Assembly (NCBI GenBank): GCA_016223205.1
Contig: JACRPM010000006.1
Span: 60,257 to 124,256 of the forward strand
Direction: 5' to 3'
DNA length: 64,000 nucleotides
Source: Candidatus Saganbacteria bacterium
GTDB lineage: Bacteria; Margulisbacteria; WOR-1; XYC2-FULL-46-14; WPAF01
Below, piece by piece: positions 11,386 through 20,468 of the stretch. The translations under genes and the position numbers were made by a program. Below the pieces are notes generated by a model. That model saw nothing but the letters and a program-made list of their open reading frames with translations. It had not been told where the DNA came from and searched no databases. Position 1 is the first letter of the stretch. Every line of letters begins with the position of its first letter.

Positions 11386-12875
11386 TGGGCCTCCAACAAG
11401 ATGTTAAAGTCAAAGTGCTGGTGGATGTTGCGGAAGCGCTGGCCACTTCATTAAACCTCGAAAAAAGTTTGTCTTCCATTTTAAAGATATTGGCGGATAC
11501 GCTTGAAATGCAGAGGGGGACCATTACCCTGGTCGACCCCAAAACCAACGAACTGCACATCGAGATCGCTCACGGATTGACCCAAAAAGAAAAAGAACGG
11601 GGGCGCTATAAGATCGGGGAGGGGATCACCGGCAAGGTGGTGGGATCCGGCCAGGCCATGGTCATCCCCGATATTACGGCCGAGCCGCTGTTCCTCGACC
11701 GCACCCAGGCGCGCCAAAATCTGATGGAAAGAAAATTCGCCTTTCTGTGCGTTCCCATCAAAGCGGGGAACCGGGTGATCGGAGCGCTGTCGGTGGACCA
11801 TCTTTTTAAGGGTGAGATCTCTTACGAAGAAGATGTGAATCTTTTGACCATCATTGCCGCCATGGTAGGGCAGGCGGTGAAGCTGCGGGAGCTGGCCGAA
11901 GCCGAAAATATCAAGCTCCGTCGGGAATTGAGCGGCAAATATAAGTTCGACAATATAGTTTTTTCTTCTCCCCTGATGGAGGCGGTGCTGGATGCCGCGG
12001 TGCAGGTGGCGGAAAGCTCGGCCACGGTGCTTTTGCGCGGGGCTTCGGGCACCGGCAAGGAGCTGATCGCCGCCGCCATCCATTATGCCAGTCCGCGGGC
12101 AAACCGGCCGTTCATCAAAGTGGCCTGCGCGGCTCTCCCGGAAAATCTCCTGGAATCCGAACTGTTCGGCTACGAGCGGGGAGCTTTTACCGGAGCGATG
12201 GAGCGCAAGATCGGCCGTTTCGAGGCGGCCGATACCGGCACCATCTTCCTGGACGAGATCGGGGACCTGACCCCCTCCACCCAGGTCAAGCTCTTGCGGG
12301 TACTGCAGGAGCGGGAATTCAACCGGTTGGGAGGCAATCAGACCATCAAAGTGGATGTGCGGGTCATCTGCGCCACGCACCGGGACCTGGAAAAAATGGT
12401 CAAAGAAAATAAGTTCCGCGAAGACCTTTTTTACCGCATCAATGTTTTTCCCGTCAAACTGCCGCTGTTATGCGACCGCAAGGAAGACATACCCCTGCTG
12501 GCCGATCATTTTATCGGAAAATACAACAAGCTTAACAAGAAGAAGATCAAAGGCCTTACCCGGGCCGCCCTCGATCGCTTGCTGGCTTACGACTGGCCGG
12601 GTAACGTAAGGGAGCTTGAGAACGCGATTGAGCGGGCGGTGGTGCTCTGCCGGAGAGACCTTATCGGACCGCCGGAGCTGCCGGCTGGTCTTTCGTCCCG
12701 GATAGAGGTGGAGACCCCGGCCGTAGGCGCCACCCTTCCAGAGGTGGTGGCGGCGGTCGAGAAACAGCGTATCGAAGAAGCTTTAGCCAAATATAAATCC
12801 CAAAGAAAAGCGGCCAAAGCGCTGGGCCTTACCGAACGGATACTGGGCTACAAAGTCAAAAAGTATAAATTATGA
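11385..12875 (+). CDS. NifA-like sigma54 enhancer-binding protein (GAF-AAA+-HTH)
   Basis: GAF '[12 protein letters not shown]...EPLFLDRT', [15 protein letters not shown]-terminal HTH; start moved to ATG 11385 downstream of the promoter. Confidence 0.9.
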   Translation: MGLQQDVKVKVLVDVAEALATSLNLEKSLSSILKILADTLEMQRGTITLVDPKTNELHIEIAHGLTQKEKERGRYKIGEGITGKVVGSGQAMVIPDITAEPLFLDRTQARQNLMERKFAFLCVPIKAGNRVIGALSVDHLFKGEISYEEDVNLLTIIAAMVGQAVKLRELAEAENIKLRRELSGKYKFDNIVFSSPLMEAVLDAAVQVAESSATVLLRGASGTGKELIAAAIHYASPRANRPFIKVACAALPENLLESELFGYERGAFTGAMERKIGRFEAADTGTIFLDEIGDLTPSTQVKLLRVLQEREFNRLGGNQTIKVDVRVICATHRDLEKMVKENKFREDLFYRINVFPVKLPLLCDRKEDIPLLADHFIGKYNKLNKKKIKGLTRAALDRLLAYDWPGNVRELENAIERAVVLCRRDLIGPPELPAGLSSRIEVETPAVGATLPEVVAAVEKQRIEEALAKYKSQRKAAKALGLTERILGYKVKKYKL

Positions 12876-14446
12876 AACTCGCGCTGGCACAGATCAATCC
12901 CACGGTCGGAGACCTGCCCGGCAACACCCGTAAGATCATGGATTTTATTTCCCGGGCAAGGGAGCAGGAAGCCGACCTGGTAGTTTTTCCGGAACTGGCT
13001 ATAACCGGCTATCCCCCCGAAGACCTGTTGCTTAAACCGCAGTTTATCTCCGACAACTTGGCCTCCCTTAAGGAGATCGTTAAATTCAGCAAAGGGATCG
13101 CCGTTTACCTCGGATTCGTCGATCGGGACCGGAAAGGCATCTATAACGCGGGGGCCTTTATCGAGAACGGCCGCCTGAAAAAAATTTATCACAAGATCAA
13201 TCTGCCCAATTATGCGGTCTTTGACGAGAAAAGGTATTTCCTGCCGGGCGAAACACCCGCGGTAATCAATAAGATCGGATTGGGTATCTGCGAGGATATC
13301 TGGGTCAAAGGCGGGCCGTACCTGGCGGAAGTAAAATTGGGCGCCAAGCTAATACTCAATATCAACGCTTCTCCCTATCACGAAGGCAAGATAAAGGACC
13401 GACAAAAACTGCTAAGTAAACGTGCGCGCGAAAGCCGCACCCCGCTGGTCTATGTCAATATGGTCGGCGGGCAGGATGAGCTGGTTTTCGACGGCGGCAG
13501 TATGATGTTTAATGGGCAAGGGCGGCTTTTGGCCGCGGCCCGGCAATACGAAGAAGAACTGCTGCTTTGCCATCTTGGCCAGGCGCCCATTAAGGCCGAA
13601 TGGCTCGAGGGCGAGGCCGAGGTCTATGAAGCATTAAAGCTGGGCGTTAAGGATTACGTCAACAAGAACGGTTTTCGGGACGTGTATATCGGAGTTTCGG
13701 GAGGGATCGATTCGGCGCTGACCTTGGCTATTGCCGCCGATGCCCTGGGCAAGGGCCGGGTGCACGCGGTCTTTATGCCTTCCAAGTTCTCATCCGAGTT
13801 GAGCCGTAAGGACGCGCGGCAAGTCGCGAAGAACCTGGGGGTGGAGTTCTCCGAGATCCCGATCGATAAGATTTTTGAGGAATATCTGGCCAACCTGGCT
13901 CCGTCCTTTGGCGGACGGGAACCGAACATCGCTGAAGAAAATCTGCAGGCCCGCATCCGGGGCAACACCCTGATGGCGCTTTCCAATAAATTCGGGCGGC
14001 TGGTGTTGACCACCGGCAACAAGTCCGAGACCTCCACCGGCTATTGCACCCTCTACGGCGACATGGCCGGGGGATTTAATGTCTTAAAAGACGTTCCCAA
14101 ACTGTTGGTCTACCGGCTGGCAAACTGGAGAAACGCCGAGAAAGCGGTGATCCCGGAATCCACCATCACGCGTCCGCCCACGGCAGAACTTAAAGCCGAC
14201 CAGACCGACCAGGACACCCTGCCTCCTTACGAAGCGCTCGATCCCATCATGCAGGCCTATGTGGAGGAGAACCTGGGAGTGAAAGAGATCGCGGCCCGGG
14301 GATTCGATGAGGAGACGGTCAAAAAGATCGTTTCACTGATAGATCGTTCGGAATACAAGCGCCGCCAGGCCCCGCCCGGCCCCCGCATCAGCCCCCGCGC
14401 CTTCGGCAAGGACTGGCGCGTGCCCATCACCAACGGCTATCGCTGA
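12872..14446 (+). CDS. nadE: Glutamine-dependent NAD+ synthetase
   Basis: Nitrilase domain (FPELAITGYPPED, ICEDIW) plus SGGIDS, NLQARIR, TGNKSE, EYKRRQAP. Confidence 0.96.
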   Translation: MKLALAQINPTVGDLPGNTRKIMDFISRAREQEADLVVFPELAITGYPPEDLLLKPQFISDNLASLKEIVKFSKGIAVYLGFVDRDRKGIYNAGAFIENGRLKKIYHKINLPNYAVFDEKRYFLPGETPAVINKIGLGICEDIWVKGGPYLAEVKLGAKLILNINASPYHEGKIKDRQKLLSKRARESRTPLVYVNMVGGQDELVFDGGSMMFNGQGRLLAAARQYEEELLLCHLGQAPIKAEWLEGEAEVYEALKLGVKDYVNKNGFRDVYIGVSGGIDSALTLAIAADALGKGRVHAVFMPSKFSSELSRKDARQVAKNLGVEFSEIPIDKIFEEYLANLAPSFGGREPNIAEENLQARIRGNTLMALSNKFGRLVLTTGNKSETSTGYCTLYGDMAGGFNVLKDVPKLLVYRLANWRNAEKAVIPESTITRPPTAELKADQTDQDTLPPYEALDPIMQAYVEENLGVKEIAARGFDEETVKKIVSLIDRSEYKRRQAPPGPRISPRAFGKDWRVPITNGYR

Positions 14447-14516
14447 TCAATTTCGTAGATAAAATCCGTCAATTTATACAATATTGTAGAACCTCGCTCG
14501 TGGCGCAGGGATTGCT
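14446..14516 (+). promoter_or_regulatory. sigma54 promoter 1 with paired upstream activator boxes
   Basis: TGGCGCAGGGATTGCT at 14501; TCA-N4-CGT at 14447 and ACA-N4-TGT at 14478. Confidence 0.8.
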
Positions 14517-14553
14517 ATTGCTTTGTGTCCGCGCAGTTTAGAGGAGGGCTAAA

Positions 14554-15903
14554 ATGGATATAGCAAGTTTAGGCGCATCAATAAATATGGTTTGGCTGCT
14601 GGTCACCGGTTTCCTGGTCATGTTCATGCAGGCGGGTTTCGCCCTGGTCGAAGTCGGTATGACGCGGATCAAGAATGCCAATCACACCATGCTGATGAAC
14701 ATGATGATCTACGGCATCGGCATCCTCGGCTTCTTTTTAGTGGGATTTGGTTTGATGTTTGGCGGGGTGGGCGCGCTTCCCACACTGGGCGTGGACGGTT
14801 CGGTCTTGAGCCGTGAATTCACCGTTAACCTCTTCGGCAAAAGCTTTGGGCTTTTCGGCTTGACCGGATTTGCCCTTAGCGGCATTACCAGCATGGGCGT
14901 GATCGGCTTCTTCCTCTTCCAGCTGGTTTTTATGGACACGACCGCGACCATCCCAACGGGGGCCATGGCGGAGAGATGGAAATGGCTGGCTTTTGTCATT
15001 TACGGATTTTTTGTTTCGGCGATCCTTTATCCGCTTTACGGCAACTGGGTCTGGGGCGGGGGATGGCTTTCACAACTGGGCGCCAACTTCGGCTGGGGCC
15101 ATGGGCTGGTCGATTTTGCCGGTTCATCGGTCGTCCACATGGTCGGGGGGGTCTGCGCAATGGCTGGAGCTTTGGTGATCGGGGCGAGGGTCGGAAAGTT
15201 CAGGAAAGACGGGACTCCCGTGGCTATTCCAGGCCACAATATCCCCATGGCGATCCTGGGAACTTTTATCCTGGCTTTCGGCTGGTTCGGTTTCAATCCG
15301 GGCAGCACGCTGGCGGGGACCGACCCGCGGATCGCGCTGATTGCGGTAAATACTTTACTGGCTTCCGCTGCCGGAACCTTTGTCGCCATGCTTTATATCT
15401 GGCGGCAGCAGGGGAGGCCCGATCCCGGGATGTGCGCCAACGGAATGCTCGCCGGGCTGGTGGCGATCACCGCCCCCTGCGCATTTGTTTCGCCGCTTTC
15501 GGCCTTGGTTATAGGGGCGATCGCCGGCCTGCTGGTCTGCTGGAGCGTCTGGTTCATTGAATGGAAAATGAAGATCGACGATCCGGTCGGGGCTATCTCG
15601 GTCCATGGGGTGAACGGATTCTGGGGGATATTAAGCCTGGGGATCTTTGCCGACGGAACCTATGGCGACGGATTAAACGGGGTAACTGGAATGGTGACCG
15701 GATTATTGCACGGCGACCCAAGGCAATTCCTGGCCCAACTGATCGGCGGGCTAATTTGCTTTGCCTTTGTGTTTGGGCTGTCATTTATTTTCTTTAAAGC
15801 GCAGGATCTGATAATGGGGATCCGGGTCTCTCCGGAAGAAGAAGTGCTTGGTCTGGACCGCGCAGAAATGACCTCGGTAGCTTATCCGCGGGACATAATG
15901 TAA
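14554..15903 (+). CDS. amtB: Ammonium transporter (copy 1, divergent clade)
   Basis: MQAGFALVE, DFAGSSVVH, GWFGFNPGS, DDPVGAISVHG; twin His intact. Confidence 0.96.
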   Translation: MDIASLGASINMVWLLVTGFLVMFMQAGFALVEVGMTRIKNANHTMLMNMMIYGIGILGFFLVGFGLMFGGVGALPTLGVDGSVLSREFTVNLFGKSFGLFGLTGFALSGITSMGVIGFFLFQLVFMDTTATIPTGAMAERWKWLAFVIYGFFVSAILYPLYGNWVWGGGWLSQLGANFGWGHGLVDFAGSSVVHMVGGVCAMAGALVIGARVGKFRKDGTPVAIPGHNIPMAILGTFILAFGWFGFNPGSTLAGTDPRIALIAVNTLLASAAGTFVAMLYIWRQQGRPDPGMCANGMLAGLVAITAPCAFVSPLSALVIGAIAGLLVCWSVWFIEWKMKIDDPVGAISVHGVNGFWGILSLGIFADGTYGDGLNGVTGMVTGLLHGDPRQFLAQLIGGLICFAFVFGLSFIFFKAQDLIMGIRVSPEEEVLGLDRAEMTSVAYPRDIM

Positions 15904-15917
15904 GGAGGGCGAGGATA

Positions 15918-16259
15918 ATGAAAAAGATCGAATGCTTCATTCGGCCGGAGAAATTGGAAGAGGTAAAGGCCGCCCTGATAAAGGCCGGAGTGGTGGGTTT
16001 GACCATATCGGAGGTTTATGGCGCCGGGCGGCAAAAAGGATTTGTAGAAAAGTATCGCGTCAGCGAGGTAACGGTCAATCTTCTGCCGAAGATCAAGGTT
16101 GAATTGTACCTTAAGGACCAGGAAACAGATAAGATCTTGCAGATCCTGGCTGCCGCCGCCAAAACCGGTGAAGTGGGCGATGGCAAGATCTTCGTGCTGG
16201 ACGGGGTTGAGCAGGCCTTAAGGATCCGAACCGGGGAAAGAAATGAAGCGGCGCTTTGA
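15918..16259 (+). CDS. glnK: PII nitrogen regulator (copy 1)
   Basis: MKKIECFIRPEKL, GRQKG, TGEVGDGKIF, RIRTGE. Confidence 0.95.
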   Translation: MKKIECFIRPEKLEEVKAALIKAGVVGLTISEVYGAGRQKGFVEKYRVSEVTVNLLPKIKVELYLKDQETDKILQILAAAAKTGEVGDGKIFVLDGVEQALRIRTGERNEAAL

Positions 16260-16265
16260 ATTCCC

Positions 16266-16346
16266 TTCAAATTTGTATTCGCGGGCGTAAGCTTTTTACA
16301 TTTTTGTCGGTTTTGTATGGAGCTTACTCGTGGCGCAGGAATTGCT
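16266..16346 (+). promoter_or_regulatory. sigma54 promoter 2 with paired upstream activator boxes
   Basis: TGGCGCAGGAATTGCT at 16331; TCA-N4-TGT at 16267 and ACA-N4-TGT at 16298. Confidence 0.8.
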
Positions 16347-16360
16347 TATAACCCGGTATA

Positions 16361-16480
16361 ATGCATATTTTATTTTATTCGATAGTAATGATGGTGGCGA
16401 TCGGGGTCCCGGTATTGGGTATTGTTTTGAACAGTAAAAAGACAAAGGAGACTAATCATGAAGAACAACTGTTTGTGTAA
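16361..16480 (+). CDS. Candidate 39 aa single-pass membrane protein (not in ORF track)
   Basis: [39 protein letters not shown]; starts a few nt after the expected sigma54 TSS; hydrophobic stretch followed by basic residues. Confidence 0.55.
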   Translation: MHILFYSIVMMVAIGVPVLGIVLNSKKTKETNHEEQLFV

Positions 16481-17120
16481 GATCGCATTATTACTGATCG
16501 CGCTGGCGGGGGTTAGTTATGCCACTCCCTCCACCAATATCTGGAACCCCTCGACCGACATCCAGGCCGCGGGGACAATGCATCTGGGGATCGATAATTA
16601 CTTTACATTAGATGGCCCGGCCCAAGGGGGGTACGCTTTCCCGACCGATACCGGTTTAACCTACGGCGTTTTTCCCGGATTGGAGATCGGTCTCGATGTT
16701 TTTCTCCCCCAAACGGCGCCCTTTGTGGTTAACGCCAAATATGGGGTGGGTGAGAGCGGAATGCTGCCGGCCCTGGCGATAGGCGGATTCGGTTTCGGCA
16801 CCCAACTGGGCGTGACCGACCAGAATGTGATCTATGGAGTGGGTTCCAAGATTTTCCCGGTTATGGGAAGGATAACGGCGGGCTATTTTACCGGCAACGG
16901 AGCTAAAGATAACAGCGGGCTGATATTGGCCTGGGACAAGTCGCTTAACGACAAGCTCTGGGTCTCGATCGATTACGCCGGGTCCAAATCGGCGCTGGGA
17001 GCGACCTTCTACGGCTTTTCCTGGCTCTTCGCGCCTAACACTTCGATCATTTTTGCTTATGGCACTTATAACAGCGGAGCCCAGCCGACCGTAACCACGC
17101 AACTGGATATAAATATATGA
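16458..17120 (+). CDS. Exported protein, probable outer-membrane beta-barrel/porin
   Basis: Signal peptide, Gly/aromatic alternating strands, C-terminal 'TTQLDINI'; stop overlaps amtB start. Confidence 0.6.
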   Translation: MKNNCLCKIALLLIALAGVSYATPSTNIWNPSTDIQAAGTMHLGIDNYFTLDGPAQGGYAFPTDTGLTYGVFPGLEIGLDVFLPQTAPFVVNAKYGVGESGMLPALAIGGFGFGTQLGVTDQNVIYGVGSKIFPVMGRITAGYFTGNGAKDNSGLILAWDKSLNDKLWVSIDYAGSKSALGATFYGFSWLFAPNTSIIFAYGTYNSGAQPTVTTQLDINI

Positions 17121-18334
17121 TAAATAGCGGCGATACGGCCTGGGTTTTGATCTCGACGGCCCTGGTGATCCTGATGACTCCGGCGCTGGCTTTCTTTTAC
17201 GCCGGGATGGTGCGGAGGAAAAATGTCCTTTCCACCATCATGTTATCGGTGGCGATCTTGGCTTTGATCTCGGTGCAATGGGTGCTCTTCGGCTATACCC
17301 TCGCTTTCGGCCCGGACCATGCGGGATTGTTCGGCGGGCTGAACTGGCTGGGGTTAAACGGGGTGGGCCAGACACCTTATCCGGGTTACGCGGCCACCAT
17401 TCCGCACCTGGCTTTTATGGTCTTTCAGCTGGCTTTTGCGGTGATCACTCCGGCGCTCATTACCGGAGCATTTGTGGAAAGGATAAATTTTCCGGGATTC
17501 CTGCTGTTTACCCTGTTATGGAGCACTTTTATTTATGATCCGGTGGCTCACTGGGTTTGGGGGATAGGGGGATGGTTGAGAAATCTAGGCGCATTGGATT
17601 TTGCCGGAGGGACCGTGGTGCATATTACTGCCGGGGTCTCCGCCCTGGCCCTGGCCTTGATCATCGGGCGGCGCAAGGGGTACGGAAAGTTCCCCATGGA
17701 GCCGTCCAATATCCCTTTCACCATATTGGGAGCTTTCCTCCTGTGGTTCGGCTGGTTCGGTTTTAACGGCGGCTCGGCCTTAAGTTCCGGCGGGTTGGCA
17801 ACCTCCGCTTTGGTGGTGACCAATACCGCAGCGGCCGCGGCGGCCCTAACCTGGATGCTGATGAGCTGGATCCATAAACGCCCGAGCGTGCTGGGGCTGG
17901 CGACCGGCGCGGTGGTGGGATTGGTGGCGATAACTCCAGCCTCGGGATATGTCAGCCCGCTTTCCGCACTGGTGATCGGGGCGGTGGCGGCGGTGGTCTC
18001 ATATTATTCCATATTGATTCGCGTCAAGAGCGGCCTGGACGATTCGCTGGATGTTTTTGCCTGCCATGGGATGGGGGGAATAACCGGGGCTCTTTTAACG
18101 GGGGTCTTTGCCGATAAGGCGATAAATTCCGCCGGGGCCAACGGTTTGCTCTTCGGCAATCCCCAGCAGCTGCTGATCCAGGCGATCGCGGTCCTGGTGG
18201 TGGCGGTCTTTTCTTTTACGGTCAGTTACATATTGGGGAGAGTCATCGATGCGGTCTTCTCGCTGCGCGCCCGGTCCGAAGAAGAGGAGATCGGCCTGGA
18301 CATAACCCAGCACGGGGAAGCGGCCTACAGCTAA
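17117..18334 (+). CDS. amtB: Ammonium transporter (copy 2)
   Basis: [44 protein letters not shown]. Confidence 0.97.
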   Translation: MINSGDTAWVLISTALVILMTPALAFFYAGMVRRKNVLSTIMLSVAILALISVQWVLFGYTLAFGPDHAGLFGGLNWLGLNGVGQTPYPGYAATIPHLAFMVFQLAFAVITPALITGAFVERINFPGFLLFTLLWSTFIYDPVAHWVWGIGGWLRNLGALDFAGGTVVHITAGVSALALALIIGRRKGYGKFPMEPSNIPFTILGAFLLWFGWFGFNGGSALSSGGLATSALVVTNTAAAAAALTWMLMSWIHKRPSVLGLATGAVVGLVAITPASGYVSPLSALVIGAVAAVVSYYSILIRVKSGLDDSLDVFACHGMGGITGALLTGVFADKAINSAGANGLLFGNPQQLLIQAIAVLVVAVFSFTVSYILGRVIDAVFSLRARSEEEEIGLDITQHGEAAYS

Positions 18335-18678
18335 TGGGCTTTAAAAAAATAGAGGCAATAATCCGGACCGAGAAGCTGGATGAGGTGAGGATGGCGGTGG
18401 AGGGGGTGGGGATCGTCGGCATGACGGTGACCGAAGTAAAAGGTAGAGGCAGCCAGAAAGGGATACTTCTGGAATGGCGGGCGGGCGAATATCGGGTGGA
18501 ATTCTTGCCCAAATTAAAGCTGGAGCTGGTAGTGCATGATGTGGATCTGGAGAAGGCGGTCGAAGCGCTGTCTGCTGCCGCCCGCACCGGAAAAGTCGGG
18601 GACGGAAAGATCTTTATATATTCCATGGAAGATATTGTGCGCGTCCGAACCGGCGAACGCGGGAGGCCCGCAGTTTAA
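18334..18678 (+). CDS. glnK: PII nitrogen regulator (copy 2)
   Basis: KKIEAIIR, T-loop 'WRAGEYRVEFLPK', TGKVGDGKIF. Confidence 0.95.
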   Translation: MGFKKIEAIIRTEKLDEVRMAVEGVGIVGMTVTEVKGRGSQKGILLEWRAGEYRVEFLPKLKLELVVHDVDLEKAVEALSAAARTGKVGDGKIFIYSMEDIVRVRTGERGRPAV

Positions 18679-18687
18679 GTTGATGTG

Positions 18688-18728
18688 AGGGGGGGGCCAC
18701 CTCCTAATCGTGGTACGGCCCCCCTTTT
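18688..18728 (+). terminator. Rho-independent terminator
   Basis: GGGGGGCC...GGCCCCCC followed by TTTT. Confidence 0.7.
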
Positions 18729-18841
18729 AACAAAATTGTATAAATCCGAAGTTGTTTCGTACATTTTTGTCATAATGTCGAACCTTGAAAATTAAGTATT
18801 TATCGGCAGTCCGCTAAAAATTATTTGGCGGGAGAATTGCT
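18729..18841 (+). promoter_or_regulatory. sigma54 promoter 3 with paired upstream activator boxes
   Basis: TGGCGGGAGAATTGCT at 18826; ACA-N4-TGT at 18730 and 18761. Confidence 0.75.
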
Positions 18842-18865
18842 TGTCTACCCTCAACGATTAGGAGG

Positions 18866-20086
18866 ATGACAATGATCAATTCCGGTGATACCGCCTGGGT
18901 TCTGATCTCCACGGCTTTAGTTATCTTAATGACCCCCGCTTTAGGTTTCTTTTATGCAGGCCTGGTCAGGAAAAAGAACGTGCTCTCGACCATCATGCTC
19001 TCTGTGGCCCTGCTGGCGCTGATCTCCCTGCAATGGGCGTTTTTCGGTTACTCCCTGGCCTTTGGAGCGGACCGGGGCGGCTTGATCGGGGGATTGAACT
19101 GGCTGGGACTTAATGGAGTAGGACAGGCTCCGAATGCGGCTTACGCGCCGACCATTCCACATCTGGCATTCATGGTCTTCCAGCTGGCTTTTGCGGTCAT
19201 TACTCCGGCGCTGATCACCGGGGCGTTCGTAGAGAGGATCAATTTTTCCGGATTCCTGGTCTTTACTTTTCTCTGGGCGACCTTTATTTACGATCCCTTG
19301 GCCCACTGGGTTTGGGGTGTAGGCGGTTGGCTTAGGACACTGGGGGCGCTGGATTTTGCCGGCGGAGCGGTGGTCCACATCAGCGCGGGATTGGCTGCGC
19401 TGGCAGTAGCCCTGGTCATCGGTAAACGCAAGGATTATGGAAAGATCCCGATGGAACCCTCCAACATACCGTTTACGGTACTGGGAGCGTTCCTGCTCTG
19501 GTTCGGTTGGTTCGGATTTAACGGGGGCTCGGCTTTGAGCAGCGGCGGATTGGCGGCCTCGGCGCTGGTGGCGACCAATCTGGCGGGGGCGGCGGCGGCC
19601 ATCACCTGGATGGTGATCAGCTGGATCCACAAAAGGCCCAATCTTTTAGGTTTGGCGACCGGCGGCATTGCCGGATTGGCGGCGGTAACCCCGGCTTCGG
19701 GGTTTATCAGCCCGCTTTCGGCCATGGCGATCGGGATGGTGGCGGCCATTTTCTGCTATTATATGATCATCTTTCGGGTGCGGGTGGGGCTGGACGAATC
19801 GCTCGATGTTTTTGCCTGCCATGGGATAGGAGGGTTGTGGGGCGTGCTGGCGGTGGGCTTGTTCGCCGAAAAGGCGGTGAACGCCGCCGGGGCCGATGGG
19901 CTCTTTTTCGGCAATCCGGGGCAGCTTGGAGCCCAGCTGATCATGGCCGCGTCGGTGGCGCTGTTCTCTTTTATTGCCACCTATATTTTGGCCAAAGTGG
20001 TGGACGCCATTTTTGTGCTGCGGGTAAAAAAGAACGAAGAGGAGATCGGGCTGGATATTTCCCAGCACGGGGAAACGGTGTATTAA
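18866..20086 (+). CDS. amtB: Ammonium transporter (copy 3, paralog of copy 2)
   Basis: Same motifs and high visible identity to 17117..18334. Confidence 0.97.
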   Translation: MTMINSGDTAWVLISTALVILMTPALGFFYAGLVRKKNVLSTIMLSVALLALISLQWAFFGYSLAFGADRGGLIGGLNWLGLNGVGQAPNAAYAPTIPHLAFMVFQLAFAVITPALITGAFVERINFSGFLVFTFLWATFIYDPLAHWVWGVGGWLRTLGALDFAGGAVVHISAGLAALAVALVIGKRKDYGKIPMEPSNIPFTVLGAFLLWFGWFGFNGGSALSSGGLAASALVATNLAGAAAAITWMVISWIHKRPNLLGLATGGIAGLAAVTPASGFISPLSAMAIGMVAAIFCYYMIIFRVRVGLDESLDVFACHGIGGLWGVLAVGLFAEKAVNAAGADGLFFGNPGQLGAQLIMAASVALFSFIATYILAKVVDAIFVLRVKKNEEEIGLDISQHGETVY

Positions 20087-20087
20087 T

Positions 20088-20426
20088 ATGAAAAAGATCG
20101 AAGCGATCATTAGGATCGAGAAATTGGACGAGGTCCGGGTAGCTCTGGAAAAGGAAGGGTTTGTGGGGATGACCGTGACCGAGATCAAGGGCCGGGGATC
20201 CCAGAAAGGAGTAATGCTGGAATGGCGGGCCGGTGAGTACCGGGTGGAGTTTTTGCCCAAGCTGAAGATCGAGCTGGTGGTTAACGGGGATCGGACCGAA
20301 GCCGCTATCCGGATCATCGCCGAGGCGGCCCGCACCGGAGCGATAGGGGACGGGAAGATATTCATCTATCCGGTGGAAGACGTGGTGCGCATCCGGACCG
20401 GGGAACGGGGGATTGAGGCGGTTTAA
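20088..20426 (+). CDS. glnK: PII nitrogen regulator (copy 3, paralog of copy 2)
   Basis: MKKIEAIIR, WRAGEYRVEFLPK, TGAIGDGKIF. Confidence 0.95.
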   Translation: MKKIEAIIRIEKLDEVRVALEKEGFVGMTVTEIKGRGSQKGVMLEWRAGEYRVEFLPKLKIELVVNGDRTEAAIRIIAEAARTGAIGDGKIFIYPVEDVVRIRTGERGIEAV

Positions 20427-20468
20427 ATTTGTGGTATAATAAAATCGAAAGAAAAGGAGTGAAGTAAA

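Noticed and set aside
11385-12875. Nitrogen fixation cluster suggested by the NifA-like gene
   Set aside because: No nifHDK or other nif genes in the window, and the upstream boxes are not TGT-N10-ACA.
20427-20468. Glutamine (glnA) riboswitch or sigma54 promoter before glnA
   Set aside because: Only 42 bp, containing an extended -10 and an SD; no room or structure.
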